From: an uncultured delta proteobacterium
GTDB lineage: Bacteria; Desulfobacterota; Desulfobacteria; Desulfobacterales; QNYZ01
Assembly (NCBI GenBank): GCA_963845145.1
Contig: CAWJQU010000005.1
Coordinates: 800,001 to 864,000, forward strand
DNA length: 64,000 nt
Direction: 5' to 3'
Shown here: positions 39,184-49,564 of the stretch, piece after piece
Numbering within the stretch: the stretch's first letter is position 1
Layout: each line of letters opens with the position of its first letter
Program-made: the position numbers and the translations under genes
Notes under the pieces: generated by a model
Seen by the model: only the letters and a program-made list of their open reading frames with translations
The model's database searches: none
What the model was told of the DNA's origin: nothing

Positions 39184-40338
39184 TCATCGAAAACCTATCA
39201 AACGATGGAACCGTGAGAGGCTTTGCGCTCGATTATCGGCCGATCGATAGAAAAAATAGCCGGCGATAAACAGTATCATGGCATTGGGAACCCACATGAC
39301 AATTGCAGCGGGGTAATCCCCCGTCTCGCAGTACACCTTTCCTGCAGACATGAGCACATAGTAAATAATGAGAAACAGGAGCCCCAGACCAATCCCGATG
39401 GACCCTTTGAGGCTTCGGGAAAAACTCCCCAATGGAACGGCTAATAAACCCAGGGCAATACATGAAAAAGCGATGGCCCATTTATTATGATATTTTGTAA
39501 GCAAAGAGTAGTAGTATGCGTTTTTAAGTTTCGCATGGTGAAAATAATTTTGGTAATCGGACAAGGTCATTTCGGTATGGTCTTTTTTCCCATCTATTTT
39601 TACCGAATCGAGGGGAGGCAACTCCAGTTTGAGATCATAAGAACCGAAACTAATGTCGTTCACGGATCGTTCTTTTAAATTTACCTGATTGATGGTGCCG
39701 TCAAGCAGTCGTAAAGAGTAAGTGGCATTTTCCGGTTTGGTAATCAAAAAGCCTCGCGGAGCAACAACGGTTATTATTAGATTATGGGTTCGGCGATCCT
39801 CAATAAACACATCCTCAAGCTCTTTTGTGTTTTTGTCTATTCGGGCCACATAGAGGGTGACATTCTTGAAATCGGTGTTAAAAATACGTTCCTTTAGGCC
39901 GATGCTCAGGCTGGATGACACGGCTCGGTATGTAAGTGCTTTCAAAGCCAATCTCCCCCAGGGCGTGCCATAGAAAGCCATCGCAAAGGTCAGGCCGGTT
40001 GTTATTAGACTAAAGCAGATAACGGGCACCAGTAGTGAATAAATAGCAACCCCACCGGCCCTTAAGGCGAGCACTTCATTATCGACGGACATGCGCAGGA
40101 AGGTAATCAGAATAGCCAGCATTGTGGAAATTGGGATAACAAAAACAAGAAAATAGGGGATTGTGTATAAAATGATACGTAAGACGTCCCCGACGCCGAC
40201 ATTGTAGTTGATGACCATGTCGGCAATTTTTAATATCTTCGCCATCAGGAATACAAAAACTAGAAATAAAATATTGAGAATAAAGGGAGAAAAAAATTCC
40301 TTGAAGATATAGCGATTAAGGATGGCGTTTATTTTCAT
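39184..40338 (-). CDS. lptF: LPS export ABC permease LptF
   Basis: ILNRYIFKE, RMSVDNEVLALRAGGV, LLAVPLG, WVPN; YjgP/YjgQ topology. Confidence 0.85.
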   Translation of the reverse strand: MKINAILNRYIFKEFFSPFILNILFLVFVFLMAKILKIADMVINYNVGVGDVLRIILYTIPYFLVFVIPISTMLAILITFLRMSVDNEVLALRAGGVAIYSLLVPVICFSLITTGLTFAMAFYGTPWGRLALKALTYRAVSSSLSIGLKERIFNTDFKNVTLYVARIDKNTKELEDVFIEDRRTHNLIITVVAPRGFLITKPENATYSLRLLDGTINQVNLKERSVNDISFGSYDLKLELPPLDSVKIDGKKDHTEMTLSDYQNYFHHAKLKNAYYYSLLTKYHNKWAIAFSCIALGLLAVPLGSFSRSLKGSIGIGLGLLFLIIYYVLMSAGKVYCETGDYPAAIVMWVPNAMILFIAGYFFYRSADNRAQSLSRFHRLIGFR

Positions 40339-40407
40339 GTAGATTTAAGCGTTGCATAAAAATTGAGTTCAAAACACGATAGGGTATGTCATTACGGTGA
40401 GATTGAT

Positions 40408-41829
40408 CTATTCTTTAAGCTTGGCTTTGTTGCCCACACGCTGGGGGAGGGAAACCGTAAAGGTACTACCCTTTCCCAACTGACTGATCACCCGGATCGT
40501 ACCGCCGGAAGCTTCGACAATGGCTTTGACAAGACTTAACCCTAATCCAATGCCTTCTTCCGATCGACTTTCATCGCATCGGTAAAATCGATCGAATATT
40601 TTGGGCAGATCTTTTTCCGGGATACCAATACCGGTATCTTTAAATTGTATATCTATTATATCCCCACGAAATCCAGCCGAAATATCAATTGTACCGCCCG
40701 CCGGGGTGTATTTAATCGCATTTTCAAGTAAATTGGTCAGCACGCGTTGTAGTTTGTGCTTGTCTGTTTTTATGTCACAATTGTTCGGTATATCGGTAGT
40801 GATGGTAATTTTTTTTTCCGTAGCGATCTGATCAAATAATTGAACGGCTTCACTAATTAAACCGTTTAGCTCGATATTGTCGGGATTAAATTCGCTCAGT
40901 CCAACTTCGGATTCCGTTATATCCATCATGGTATTTACAATATTGATTAAACTGTCGCACTCTTCTAAAATACTGCCCGCTAGATCGTTGAGCTCCTGGG
41001 TGGATTGTTTGTTCATTATGATCATTTCCGCGACACCCCTGATTCGAGCCAGGGGACTTCGGAAATCATGGGCAATATTATTGTTCATTTCCTTCATACT
41101 TCTCAACATGGCCTGGAGCCGATCAACCATTTCATTGAAAACCCTTGCCAGGTTATCGATTTCCGTCGAACGATTTTTTACCCGAACCCGTTTGTCGAAT
41201 GATCCACCAGATATATCAATAGCTGTTTGAGTGACTTCCGCAACGCCCTGTAACGCTTTTTTTGCCAGAAACCATCCCACGCAACCGGAAAGGAAACATA
41301 ACGGAATGATTAAAAGCACAATGAGACGCTGAAATAGGGAAAGGTATTCTTCATTTTCTTCTAAAGACTGACCAATTTGGAGAATTGTAGACGGGAAGAC
41401 CACCGCGAATATGGACCTGAACTTGTGTTCTTGGTTTGCACTTTTAAGGGTGCGGAATATTGGCGCACCTTCCTTCTTTAGGCTTTTAAGAATGTTGTTT
41501 TGAAACTCTGATATATCAAAAGACCCCGCATTCCATGCGCCGAGAATTTCCCCTTCAAATGATATGAGTCGGAAAAAAATATCTTCTTCATCCTCGGATT
41601 CTACTTCCTCGGTAATTTCGGCGATAATTGCCTTAAGATCTTTTTCCGCCGATAATTCATCTATTTCCTCTAAAAGTTCCATATCCGTGCGTTCCATCGT
41701 AATCGTCGAAACCCGCAAGTAAAAGATGGATAACACCGCTATTGAAGAAGCAATAAAAAGTAGCGTATACATAAAAGTCAGCTTGAATGTCAGCCGATTT
41801 TTAAGAACACTAATTTTTTTTGAGAACAT
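40408..41829 (-). CDS. HAMP-domain sensor histidine kinase
   Basis: Two TM helices, HAMP, NIAHDFRSPL H-box, NLLENAIKY, DTGIGI, GIGLGLS. Start reassigned to ATG 41829, overlapping the RR stop. Confidence 0.93.
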   Translation of the reverse strand: MFSKKISVLKNRLTFKLTFMYTLLFIASSIAVLSIFYLRVSTITMERTDMELLEEIDELSAEKDLKAIIAEITEEVESEDEEDIFFRLISFEGEILGAWNAGSFDISEFQNNILKSLKKEGAPIFRTLKSANQEHKFRSIFAVVFPSTILQIGQSLEENEEYLSLFQRLIVLLIIPLCFLSGCVGWFLAKKALQGVAEVTQTAIDISGGSFDKRVRVKNRSTEIDNLARVFNEMVDRLQAMLRSMKEMNNNIAHDFRSPLARIRGVAEMIIMNKQSTQELNDLAGSILEECDSLINIVNTMMDITESEVGLSEFNPDNIELNGLISEAVQLFDQIATEKKITITTDIPNNCDIKTDKHKLQRVLTNLLENAIKYTPAGGTIDISAGFRGDIIDIQFKDTGIGIPEKDLPKIFDRFYRCDESRSEEGIGLGLSLVKAIVEASGGTIRVISQLGKGSTFTVSLPQRVGNKAKLKE

Positions 41830-42499
41830 ATCCGACTCCGCGAATGGTATGAATAAGCTTTTTATCAAAGCCTTTGTCCATTTTCTCCCTGAGATAGCAG
41901 ATTTTTGATTCAACCACATTGGTCTGAGGACTAAAATTGTAATCCCACACATGCTCCATAATCATTGTTTTGGTTACCACCTGGCCGGCATTGCGCATCA
42001 AATACTCAAGCAACGAAAATTCAAGGGGCTGTATGTCGATTTCAATATCCGCCCGGGTTACTTTTCTGGTTTGTAAATTCATTTTCAGGTCCGCGATAAC
42101 AAGGCTTGATGGATTGGCGATATGGCTGGATCTACGTATTAACGCCTGAACCCGTGCCAGGAGTTCAGAAAAAGCAAAGGGTTTTACCAGGTAATCGTCG
42201 CCCCCAGCCTGTAACCCCTTTACTCTATCACCGACAGCCCTTTTGGCACTTAAAATAATGACGGGTAAATCGATCTCCTTTTTCCGTATTTCATCGATGA
42301 TCGCCAGCCCATTTAATTTGGGAAGCATAATATCCATGATGGCCGCGTCATAAGGCTCCGTAAGGGCCAGATGCAGACCGTCTTCTCCGGTTTCAGCATG
42401 ATCGACGGCAAATCCGTTTTCTTTGAAACCGCTTATGATGAAAAGCGCAATCTTTCGATCATCTTCAACTAATAATAATCGCATCTTGTTTCCAGTCAC
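41810..42499 (-). CDS. OmpR/PhoB-family response regulator (CusR/CzcR-like)
   Basis: LLVEDD, MDIMLP, DDYLVKPF, wHTH ending HTIRGVGY. Confidence 0.95.
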   Translation of the reverse strand: MTGNKMRLLLVEDDRKIALFIISGFKENGFAVDHAETGEDGLHLALTEPYDAAIMDIMLPKLNGLAIIDEIRKKEIDLPVIILSAKRAVGDRVKGLQAGGDDYLVKPFAFSELLARVQALIRRSSHIANPSSLVIADLKMNLQTRKVTRADIEIDIQPLEFSLLEYLMRNAGQVVTKTMIMEHVWDYNFSPQTNVVESKICYLREKMDKGFDKKLIHTIRGVGYVLKKN

Positions 42500-42605
42500 C
42501 CATTGGACATTATTGAGAATATGGAATTATTTCCTAACATACCAATATTTTTTATAAGACGGGTAGCAACTGATATTTATCCGAATTTTAAATCAATACC
42601 ATTAA

Positions 42606-42650
42606 AAGCTTATCTAAAGATTATCACAACATTATGTTTTTATAATCTTC
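42606..42650. promoter_or_regulatory. 11-bp-periodic AAGATTAT-like direct repeats (putative OmpR-family binding site)
   Basis: AAGCTTAT/AAGATTAT/AACATTAT with TTAT at 42610, 42621 and 42632, plus an inverted copy ATAATCTT at 42642. Confidence 0.5.
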
Positions 42651-42703
42651 ACACACAGTAATAAAAATGATAATCAGCTTTTAAACCAATCTTAGCTACC
42701 TCA

Positions 42704-43780
42704 ATGAAAGAGAAAGATCCTATGGCGCTAAAGATATCCTATTCAATCATTGGAATCGTTGTCCTGTCAATCATGACAACAATCCTTTATGGAAAAGAGG
42801 AGGAAATTGATGGTCTTGAAAAACTCGCCGAAGCGATTGAAATTAGTGGCGCTGTAGAGATAGAAGCCGTTTTGGAACGGATAGAGCCCAAAGTAGGCGA
42901 AAAAGAGAAACAGAGCGACCTCACCTATTCGGTTGAATTGGGCGTTGCGGCTAAAGTCACTGATTGCTTGAAAGGTTATGTTGAATTTGCGCATGACGAA
43001 GGTGAACGTGTTGATGTTGATGAAGCCATTATTCATTATCAAGCGGAAGATGTTTTTAAGCCGGATCTTTCCTGTCAGTCTCCCTGGTATGCAAGTTTGG
43101 GTAAGATGGGCGTACCTTTCGGATACTTCGAAAACCATTTTTTAGCCGACCCAACGACACAACAATTAGGTGAGTTAAAGGAAACCGCTATCGTTTTTGG
43201 TATTCACAACGAATGGGTCAATCTGGCTACGGGTGGTTTTAATGGGGATATGGATAAGACCGGAGCGGACGATCATGTCGATAGTTTTTTGGGCTCTCTT
43301 ATGTTTACCTTACCGGAAGAGAGAATTCCTTCGGTGGCGCTGATGGGTGGCCTATCGTATATATCCAATTTGGCAGACAGCGATGAGCTCACCGATTTTA
43401 TAAAAGAAGAATTGGAATTAAACTCGATCGGGAAGTACATAAACGGTATGAGTGCATTTTTGTCCATCTCATTTAATGAACGCTATTTTATTGAAGCAGA
43501 ATATGTCGGAGCATTGCGTGCGCTCAAAGAGGATAATGAATTCAAACCGGAAGCATGGAATTTTGAATTTGCCGTTAAACCGATAGACGCCCTTGAATTA
43601 GCCGTGCGTTATGGCGGAAGTAGCCATTCGCAGAGTTTTGCCCCAAAGGCTCAATTTGGCATCGGTGGTGTATATGAAATTTTTAACAACACCTTTTTTG
43701 CTTTGGAATACCTGCATGAAACATTTGAAAGTGGTGACGAAATAGAAACCATATCAAGTCAATTTTCGATTGAGTTTTAG
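42704..43780 (+). CDS. Outer-membrane porin, LbtU-like
   Basis: Signal-like N-terminus, ISGAVEIEA, VDEA, GKMGVPFGYFENHFLADPTTQQLGE, C-terminal Phe. Confidence 0.7.
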   Translation: MKEKDPMALKISYSIIGIVVLSIMTTILYGKEEEIDGLEKLAEAIEISGAVEIEAVLERIEPKVGEKEKQSDLTYSVELGVAAKVTDCLKGYVEFAHDEGERVDVDEAIIHYQAEDVFKPDLSCQSPWYASLGKMGVPFGYFENHFLADPTTQQLGELKETAIVFGIHNEWVNLATGGFNGDMDKTGADDHVDSFLGSLMFTLPEERIPSVALMGGLSYISNLADSDELTDFIKEELELNSIGKYINGMSAFLSISFNERYFIEAEYVGALRALKEDNEFKPEAWNFEFAVKPIDALELAVRYGGSSHSQSFAPKAQFGIGGVYEIFNNTFFALEYLHETFESGDEIETISSQFSIEF

Positions 43781-43787
43781 ATTATAT

Positions 43788-45269
43788 TTACCCGGAAAAC
43801 CTCGCCAAATACATTGTCCAATAATCACCCTGGCTTTCAACGATCGTGATACCTTGCTCGTTAAGCTTATTATATAAATCTTGGGAATATTTAGGCCGCG
43901 AAATAAAAATATAGGGTTGGGAACGATTTCGTTTGGAGATGTCTTTTAAGAATGCTTCAAGGGTATTGTCGTACCCCATCTTTTTTCTGTTCGATAGACG
44001 GGTGAGATTTCCATCCAGGTAAAACTGTAAGCCAAAGAGTTTATTTTCCCGATAGGTGACAAATTGCGCTTTATTTTCAACTAGATCATTACTCAGAGAA
44101 TATAAATGCCGCATATTATTTTTATGGCTGTACTGGGCTGCATACCCTTTCACGCCGATTATTACCATTCCTGAAATGAAGGCGATCTGAGCTACTTTTC
44201 TTAATGGGATAACATTTTTGGAGCCAATCCCGCGCCCAATGACCAACACCACGGGGGCATAAAGCGGCAAAACATATAGCGGTAACCGGCTTTGTGTGAT
44301 GAAAAATACCAATAACGGAATCGATATCCATAGAAATAAAAAAGCCCCGTTCCCACCACCACGCAGGTAGTCTCCAATCGTTTTCGGGGAAAATAACTGT
44401 TTTTCGATAGCCGTTTTAACCAAGTAATACAGCCATGGCCCCGCACCCAAAGTTAGAAACGGGATATACATGGTAAACGGTTTGTACCATTCTGAATTCC
44501 GGTGAAAAGTATCGGTTGTGACCCTAGCCACCAGTTCCTGTCCTAAAAAATAGTGCCACAGTCCCGGATGACGAAAGCTGACCAAAACATACCACCCAAA
44601 GCCAATGGTCAGAAATGCACTTGTTCCTAGCAGTGTTAAAATTTTCAACCTGTTTTTAGTGATCAGATGCCATGTGATAATTACCGATAACGGTAATAGG
44701 GCAGGTGGGCCTTTTGTTAAGAAGCCGAGCCCGAAAGATATCCACATGGCGGCCACCCATTTTCCGGATTTGGCTCGATCTGTCGTTTCGGTTGCCCTGA
44801 GATAACAAAAAACCGCAGCGGTTTCCCATAAAGTCAGCACGGTATCGGTGTTGACGGTCGTCATGCTGATAATCGTTGAAATAGAGGTCGAATAGATAAA
44901 CCCCGCCACAATACCGGTCCGTTTATCCCAAAGAATCGTTCCAATATGGGTCACCAGTAGAACGGTTAAAATGAACGCAACGGCATTATAAAAACGGACG
45001 CCCCATTCATTTTGGCCGAATACCTTCATCCCCCCGGCGATGGCCCAGTATACCAAAGGGGGTTTGGTCCAGTGGGGCTGATAATCTAATGACGGCTCAA
45101 GATAATTACCGCTTTCAACCATTTCCCGGGCAACCTCAGCGTAGCGCCCCTCTGTCGTTTCGTACAACCCCCGTGAGCCCTGGAAAGCCAAAGCGATAAT
45201 GATCGTCATGGCCAGCATGAGCCAATAAAATCGATTGACGGCTGGATCTTCCATCTGATTATTTCTCAT
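43788..45269 (-). CDS. ArnT-like GT-C glycosyltransferase (PMT/GT83)
   Basis: ETTEGRYAEVAREM, HWTKPPLVYW, FLTKGPP, SRLPLYVLP; multi-TM. Confidence 0.9.
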   Translation of the reverse strand: MRNNQMEDPAVNRFYWLMLAMTIIIALAFQGSRGLYETTEGRYAEVAREMVESGNYLEPSLDYQPHWTKPPLVYWAIAGGMKVFGQNEWGVRFYNAVAFILTVLLVTHIGTILWDKRTGIVAGFIYSTSISTIISMTTVNTDTVLTLWETAAVFCYLRATETTDRAKSGKWVAAMWISFGLGFLTKGPPALLPLSVIITWHLITKNRLKILTLLGTSAFLTIGFGWYVLVSFRHPGLWHYFLGQELVARVTTDTFHRNSEWYKPFTMYIPFLTLGAGPWLYYLVKTAIEKQLFSPKTIGDYLRGGGNGAFLFLWISIPLLVFFITQSRLPLYVLPLYAPVVLVIGRGIGSKNVIPLRKVAQIAFISGMVIIGVKGYAAQYSHKNNMRHLYSLSNDLVENKAQFVTYRENKLFGLQFYLDGNLTRLSNRKKMGYDNTLEAFLKDISKRNRSQPYIFISRPKYSQDLYNKLNEQGITIVESQGDYWTMYLARFSG

Positions 45270-45361
45270 GGTAGGGAAACCAAAGATTGCTGAGGTATAA
45301 AATTATTCCAAAAACCGTAACGAGCATGAATCCCAAAATTACCATTGGAGTATTAAAGGTT

Positions 45362-45646
45362 TCAGCTACCCATTGGTTCAAGGGATCCCCCGGTTTTTTC
45401 CCGATTTATAAGATATAGATTTCGGCAGTAGATAATTATTCCGGTGGATTGGCCCAGTATAAAAACCGGGTCTTTGCGGTGAATGGCATAAAGCAAAAGC
45501 AGGGCGGACCCAACAATACTTAGATACCAGAATGCGACCGGCATCACACTTTTTCTTGCTTTTTCGCTTGCCAGCCATTGAACAAAAAAACGGGCTGAAA
45601 ACAATGTCTGCGCAAAAAAACCCACAACCAGCCATAACGTATTCAT
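45362..45646 (-). CDS. Lipid A biosynthesis N-terminal domain (LAB_N) membrane protein
   Basis: GFFAQTLFSARFFVQWLASEKARKSVMPVAFWYLS...DPVFILGQ...YCRNL. Confidence 0.88.
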   Translation of the reverse strand: MNTLWLVVGFFAQTLFSARFFVQWLASEKARKSVMPVAFWYLSIVGSALLLLYAIHRKDPVFILGQSTGIIIYCRNLYLINREKTGGSLEPMGS

Positions 45647-45742
45647 CGTTAATTTCCTTGTGATTTGTTATCGTTGAAAATGAAATTCCATGATTATGTT
45701 ATTTGTGGGCATTTATAGATGAAAACAGATATTCAAAAGCAA

Positions 45743-47410
45743 CTATAAAGACGTTAAAAAATACTGATGCCCACGTCCGACGTGTTTTTTGTAATGCACC
45801 TTGATTTTATTACGAACTTCCGAGGGGCAAGTCATAAACTCTGTGTCGCGGATGATGACCCAACCCGTTGTATGATTTTTCCAAAAATCAACCATATCGT
45901 CACAGGATACCAGCTCGACGAGAGGAAAATCCCCATAGAAACGATACGCGGAACGATATCTAACCATCCCAACCACAGGCTCTCCGATTTGCTTATGGAT
46001 TATTTCATTGGTCCGCGCCATAAAGTTTTTTGCACTGCGAAAAGGGCTAATCCAAGGCATGATGAATGAATACATCAAGATATTGATCAACAGCATTGCA
46101 ATGATAGCGCCGCCAAAAGCGTAACGTGCATTGTGGTTGAAACCAAAATAAACGATAGCTGTCGACAGTGGTATCAATAAGATACCGAAACAGGCTATCA
46201 TGGCGCTTGGAATGGGTGTTTCGATCCAGTTAAAAGGTAATTTTATTAATCCGCTCGCAACAATAACGCACGACAATCCCAAGGCAAAAACAATAAGCCC
46301 CAAGGCACCCCAGGCTGACTTTTCTTTCAAGTTGAATTTCGGTTTTACCAATAATGAGTTTATTTTCAGTGCGACCAAATAGGCTGCAAACGGAAAAAGG
46401 GGCAGCAAATAGAGATTTCTTTTCCCTCTGGATAGGCTGAAAAACAGGATTGTAAATACGATAATCACCCATGAATATTTTTGCCGACTGTCTAAGGCCG
46501 ACCATTTTTTGCGAGTGAACGGGATAGCAAGCAACAGGATAGGCGTCCATGGCAAAAAATCGTACTGGAAAGTCACCAGAAAATAGTAAAACGGCCTTAA
46601 ATGCACCCAGGAATTAAAATAACGCACAACGGTTTGTTTAAAAAGCAAATTATCAAGATAGAGCCATTGGTTGTAACTATTGACGGCCACCAACAGGAAA
46701 ACCAGCCACATCAAAATCGGAATGAATCCCCATAAAACGCCTTTGACCGGTATATTCCGCCAAGCCCCGCGGCCTTCGAGAAGGGCAAAAGTGCAAGCAC
46801 TGCCAATGGGGATAAACAGTCCCACCGGTCCTTTTGTGAGCATTCCGGCACCCAGGCACATGCCGAGCCAAAAGGGGCTATAAGATTTACCCTGAATGGC
46901 ATAAAAAACGATAATAAGGGCAGCCGTAGTAAAAACGGTGAGTACCATATCGATTTGCGCCATACGGGCTTGGAAAAAAAATTTTGCACAACTCATTAAA
47001 ACCAGTATGGTGAGAATCGACACATGTGTCGATTTGTCATCCCACCTGCTCCAACGCCACATGAAAATAAGGACAAGCGTTGCCGCGATAGCCGAGGGGA
47101 GTCTCGCCGTCCAAGCGTTTACCAACCCTCCAGCCGCATGCGCCAAAATGCCGATCGTCCAAAAGAATAATGGCGGCTTTTCCGAATACGGGGTTTGGTT
47201 TTGGTGCAGTATTATCCAATGGTTGCCCGTCAACATCTCCCTGGCAACCAATGCATACCGTGGCTCATCCGGTGCTGACAAATCATACCCGCCGAGGTTT
47301 AAAAAAAAGAACACCAGGACTAAAAAACCCAGACCTAATCGTGTCTGCATGGAACCATTCAGATGTTTTGGTTTATAATCCGGTATTTGATTTGTCTTCG
47401 TTTGATCCAT
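45743..47410 (-). CDS. Second ArnT-like GT-C glycosyltransferase
   Basis: PDEPRYALVAREM, YSEKPPLFFW, ARLPSA, LTKGPVG, KRNLYLLP. Confidence 0.9.
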   Translation of the reverse strand: MDQTKTNQIPDYKPKHLNGSMQTRLGLGFLVLVFFFLNLGGYDLSAPDEPRYALVAREMLTGNHWIILHQNQTPYSEKPPLFFWTIGILAHAAGGLVNAWTARLPSAIAATLVLIFMWRWSRWDDKSTHVSILTILVLMSCAKFFFQARMAQIDMVLTVFTTAALIIVFYAIQGKSYSPFWLGMCLGAGMLTKGPVGLFIPIGSACTFALLEGRGAWRNIPVKGVLWGFIPILMWLVFLLVAVNSYNQWLYLDNLLFKQTVVRYFNSWVHLRPFYYFLVTFQYDFLPWTPILLLAIPFTRKKWSALDSRQKYSWVIIVFTILFFSLSRGKRNLYLLPLFPFAAYLVALKINSLLVKPKFNLKEKSAWGALGLIVFALGLSCVIVASGLIKLPFNWIETPIPSAMIACFGILLIPLSTAIVYFGFNHNARYAFGGAIIAMLLINILMYSFIMPWISPFRSAKNFMARTNEIIHKQIGEPVVGMVRYRSAYRFYGDFPLVELVSCDDMVDFWKNHTTGWVIIRDTEFMTCPSEVRNKIKVHYKKHVGRGHQYFLTSL

Positions 47411-48075
47411 AGAAAAGCCATTGTGTCGATAAATGGTCCGATCAACCTGTTTCGTAAGTGATATTTAGCTGTTCCGGCAACCCTTGGAAAATGTCGTACC
47501 GGGGCTTGCTTGACCCTTCCGCCCTCAAGTTGCACCAAAGCAGGAATAAACCGGTGCATCCCAATGAAGAATGGTATCTTACGAGCGAATTCTGTTTTTA
47601 TTACTTTCAGGGGACAACAAGTATCCTCGATATTGTCCCGAATCATTATTTTGCGAAATTTATTGGCAAATCGTGACGATATCTTCTTTACAATCCCATC
47701 CTTCCGCTTGACACGAATTCCATTCACCAGATCATATTCAGGGAAAAACTTGAGCAGATGTAAAAAATCGAGGGGTAAGGTCTGGATATCGGCGTCAATA
47801 TAACCGACCAGAGAAGTTTCGCAGACATCTATACCAGCCTTGATTGCCGTGCTCAGCCCTGAATTGGCATCTAATACAATGAATTTATATCTGCTATTGA
47901 GCGTACAAATATGCTCAATTATCGCCTGGCTGTTGTCTGTTGAGCCATCGTTGACGAAGAGAACGATCGTATTTTTAGACGCTTGAGATAAGAACTTATC
48001 CATTTCGCCCTGGAAGTACTTCAGACACGGCGCTTCATTATATACCGGTACAATGATCGTTAACTGGTCGTTCAA
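47359..48075 (-). CDS. GT2 polyprenyl-phosphate glycosyltransferase (DPM1/ArnC-like)
   Basis: IVPVYNE, VNDGSTD, IDADIQ, GMHRFIPAL, VRHFPRVAG. Confidence 0.9.
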   Translation of the reverse strand: MNDQLTIIVPVYNEAPCLKYFQGEMDKFLSQASKNTIVLFVNDGSTDNSQAIIEHICTLNSRYKFIVLDANSGLSTAIKAGIDVCETSLVGYIDADIQTLPLDFLHLLKFFPEYDLVNGIRVKRKDGIVKKISSRFANKFRKIMIRDNIEDTCCPLKVIKTEFARKIPFFIGMHRFIPALVQLEGGRVKQAPVRHFPRVAGTAKYHLRNRLIGPFIDTMAFLWIKRRQIKYRIINQNI

Positions 48076-48136
48076 TCCGTCATAACCTTCTGGATGTTAT
48101 TATCTGTCATACGCGTGATACGATCCGCAGGCATGT

Positions 48137-48823
48137 CTAGAAGTGAACCCCAAGTCCAACATAACCCCCATACTGCATATAGTTATCTATGCTGCTTGTA
48201 CGTCCCGAAACGCTATCCTTTACTTCCCAGTCGGCTAAATGATATTCAGCCTTTGCCCCTAAACCCAAAGACAAATTGCGCCAAACCATCCAACGCACAC
48301 CAGCATTCAGATACGGGATAAATTCTGTTCCCGGATCGGCTGAGATGTTGTATGTACCCCCCCCTTCAACCTGACTTGTGATATCGTCAGCGTCCAATAG
48401 TCCGATACCGAGTCCACCTCCTACATAGGGTCTAAAACGCTGGTTGGGCATGAATTCGCGCTCAACACCTGCTCCGAAAATAATTCCTGACACCAGAGAG
48501 TCGGTTTCATCCACGGAATTAATTCCTAATACTTTGTAAGGTCTTTCAAAATCATATTCCGCGTAATCCAGGGCCAGGGCGAGATGCCACCCTTCAAACA
48601 GGCGATAACGGCCAATTAGCCCTACTCTGGGCATGTCATGCGCGGGCTCCCCGTCTCCAGTGGTCATCGTAATACGAGGTTCTACGAGAAACTTGTTATC
48701 TGTTTTGGCCGTAGTAGTGTTGCTCTGTGCAAACACAATCGTAGAACTGGTTAAAATCGCAATGCTGATGATGATGGAAATCTTTGCCATTAGATTGATT
48801 CGGAACATAATAAATTTCTCCAT
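48137..48823 (-). CDS. Outer-membrane beta-barrel protein (OmpA/OmpW-like fold)
   Basis: Signal peptide, FRPYVGGGLG, alternating beta strands, terminal GYVGLGVHF. Confidence 0.75.
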   Translation of the reverse strand: MEKFIMFRINLMAKISIIISIAILTSSTIVFAQSNTTTAKTDNKFLVEPRITMTTGDGEPAHDMPRVGLIGRYRLFEGWHLALALDYAEYDFERPYKVLGINSVDETDSLVSGIIFGAGVEREFMPNQRFRPYVGGGLGIGLLDADDITSQVEGGGTYNISADPGTEFIPYLNAGVRWMVWRNLSLGLGAKAEYHLADWEVKDSVSGRTSSIDNYMQYGGYVGLGVHF

Positions 48824-48964
48824 TTCCTGACTAAAGGTTGATAAACGGTTTTGTGTACCATCAGAAATAGGTTTATACTTTGATAGTTTTTAATCAAATT
48901 GATATTCTATAAAATATCACTCACCCACGCCCTCATTAATGAATGCAATATGGATTATCATATA

Positions 48965-48994
48965 AAGATTATATAAAGATTATTTGGAAATTAT
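48965..48994. promoter_or_regulatory. 11-bp-periodic AAGATTAT direct repeats upstream of the OMP-GT2-arnT operon
   Basis: AAGATTAT-ATA-AAGATTAT-TTG-GAAATTAT, TTAT at 48969, 48980 and 48991. Confidence 0.55.
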
Positions 48995-49188
48995 AATTTG
49001 ATAATGTTAGGGGTATAAAGACGCGAGAATGTCGTAGTAGTGAGAAAAACGGCTATTTTTAGTAGATCGGGGATGAACGCCTCGATTATGGAATTGAATC
49101 GGTTGCGTGTTGATATAATATTTAAAAAACAAACATAGTGAAATGCAAAACTTCTCTTTGGTATCCACTTCTGGAGAAAAAGAATTTA

Positions 49189-49455
49189 TTACCAATCGAT
49201 TAGATTGTTGACTTTGTCCATTTTTATGATGCGAGAAGCGATCCATCCACCGATAAAAAGAGACAGCACGGTAACAATGGTAATGATTATAGCTTTAAGT
49301 AGAAAGGACATGAACGTCTCATTATTAAGCTGAATTGATAGGATATGGATAAATGATTCACTAATCGTGAACGATACCATTTTTGAGGCGATATCAGCCG
49401 TTTTCTCGACAAGGTCGACACTGCCGAGAATTTTTATGGGTAAGTTGAAAAGCAT
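49189..49455 (-). CDS. Small hypothetical membrane protein
   Basis: G-rich SD-like run upstream and a C-terminal TM helix; no family recognised. Confidence 0.45.
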   Translation of the reverse strand: MLFNLPIKILGSVDLVEKTADIASKMVSFTISESFIHILSIQLNNETFMSFLLKAIIITIVTVLSLFIGGWIASRIIKMDKVNNLIDW

Positions 49456-49564
49456 TTTTTACTTCCCCCCTGATTAGCAATGTGATCTCTTTGTCCAAGA
49501 AAGGGCTCTATTCGTCTCTAAAATCGGTCTGATATTTGACACGAGTAGAGCCCTGCAATGGTTG

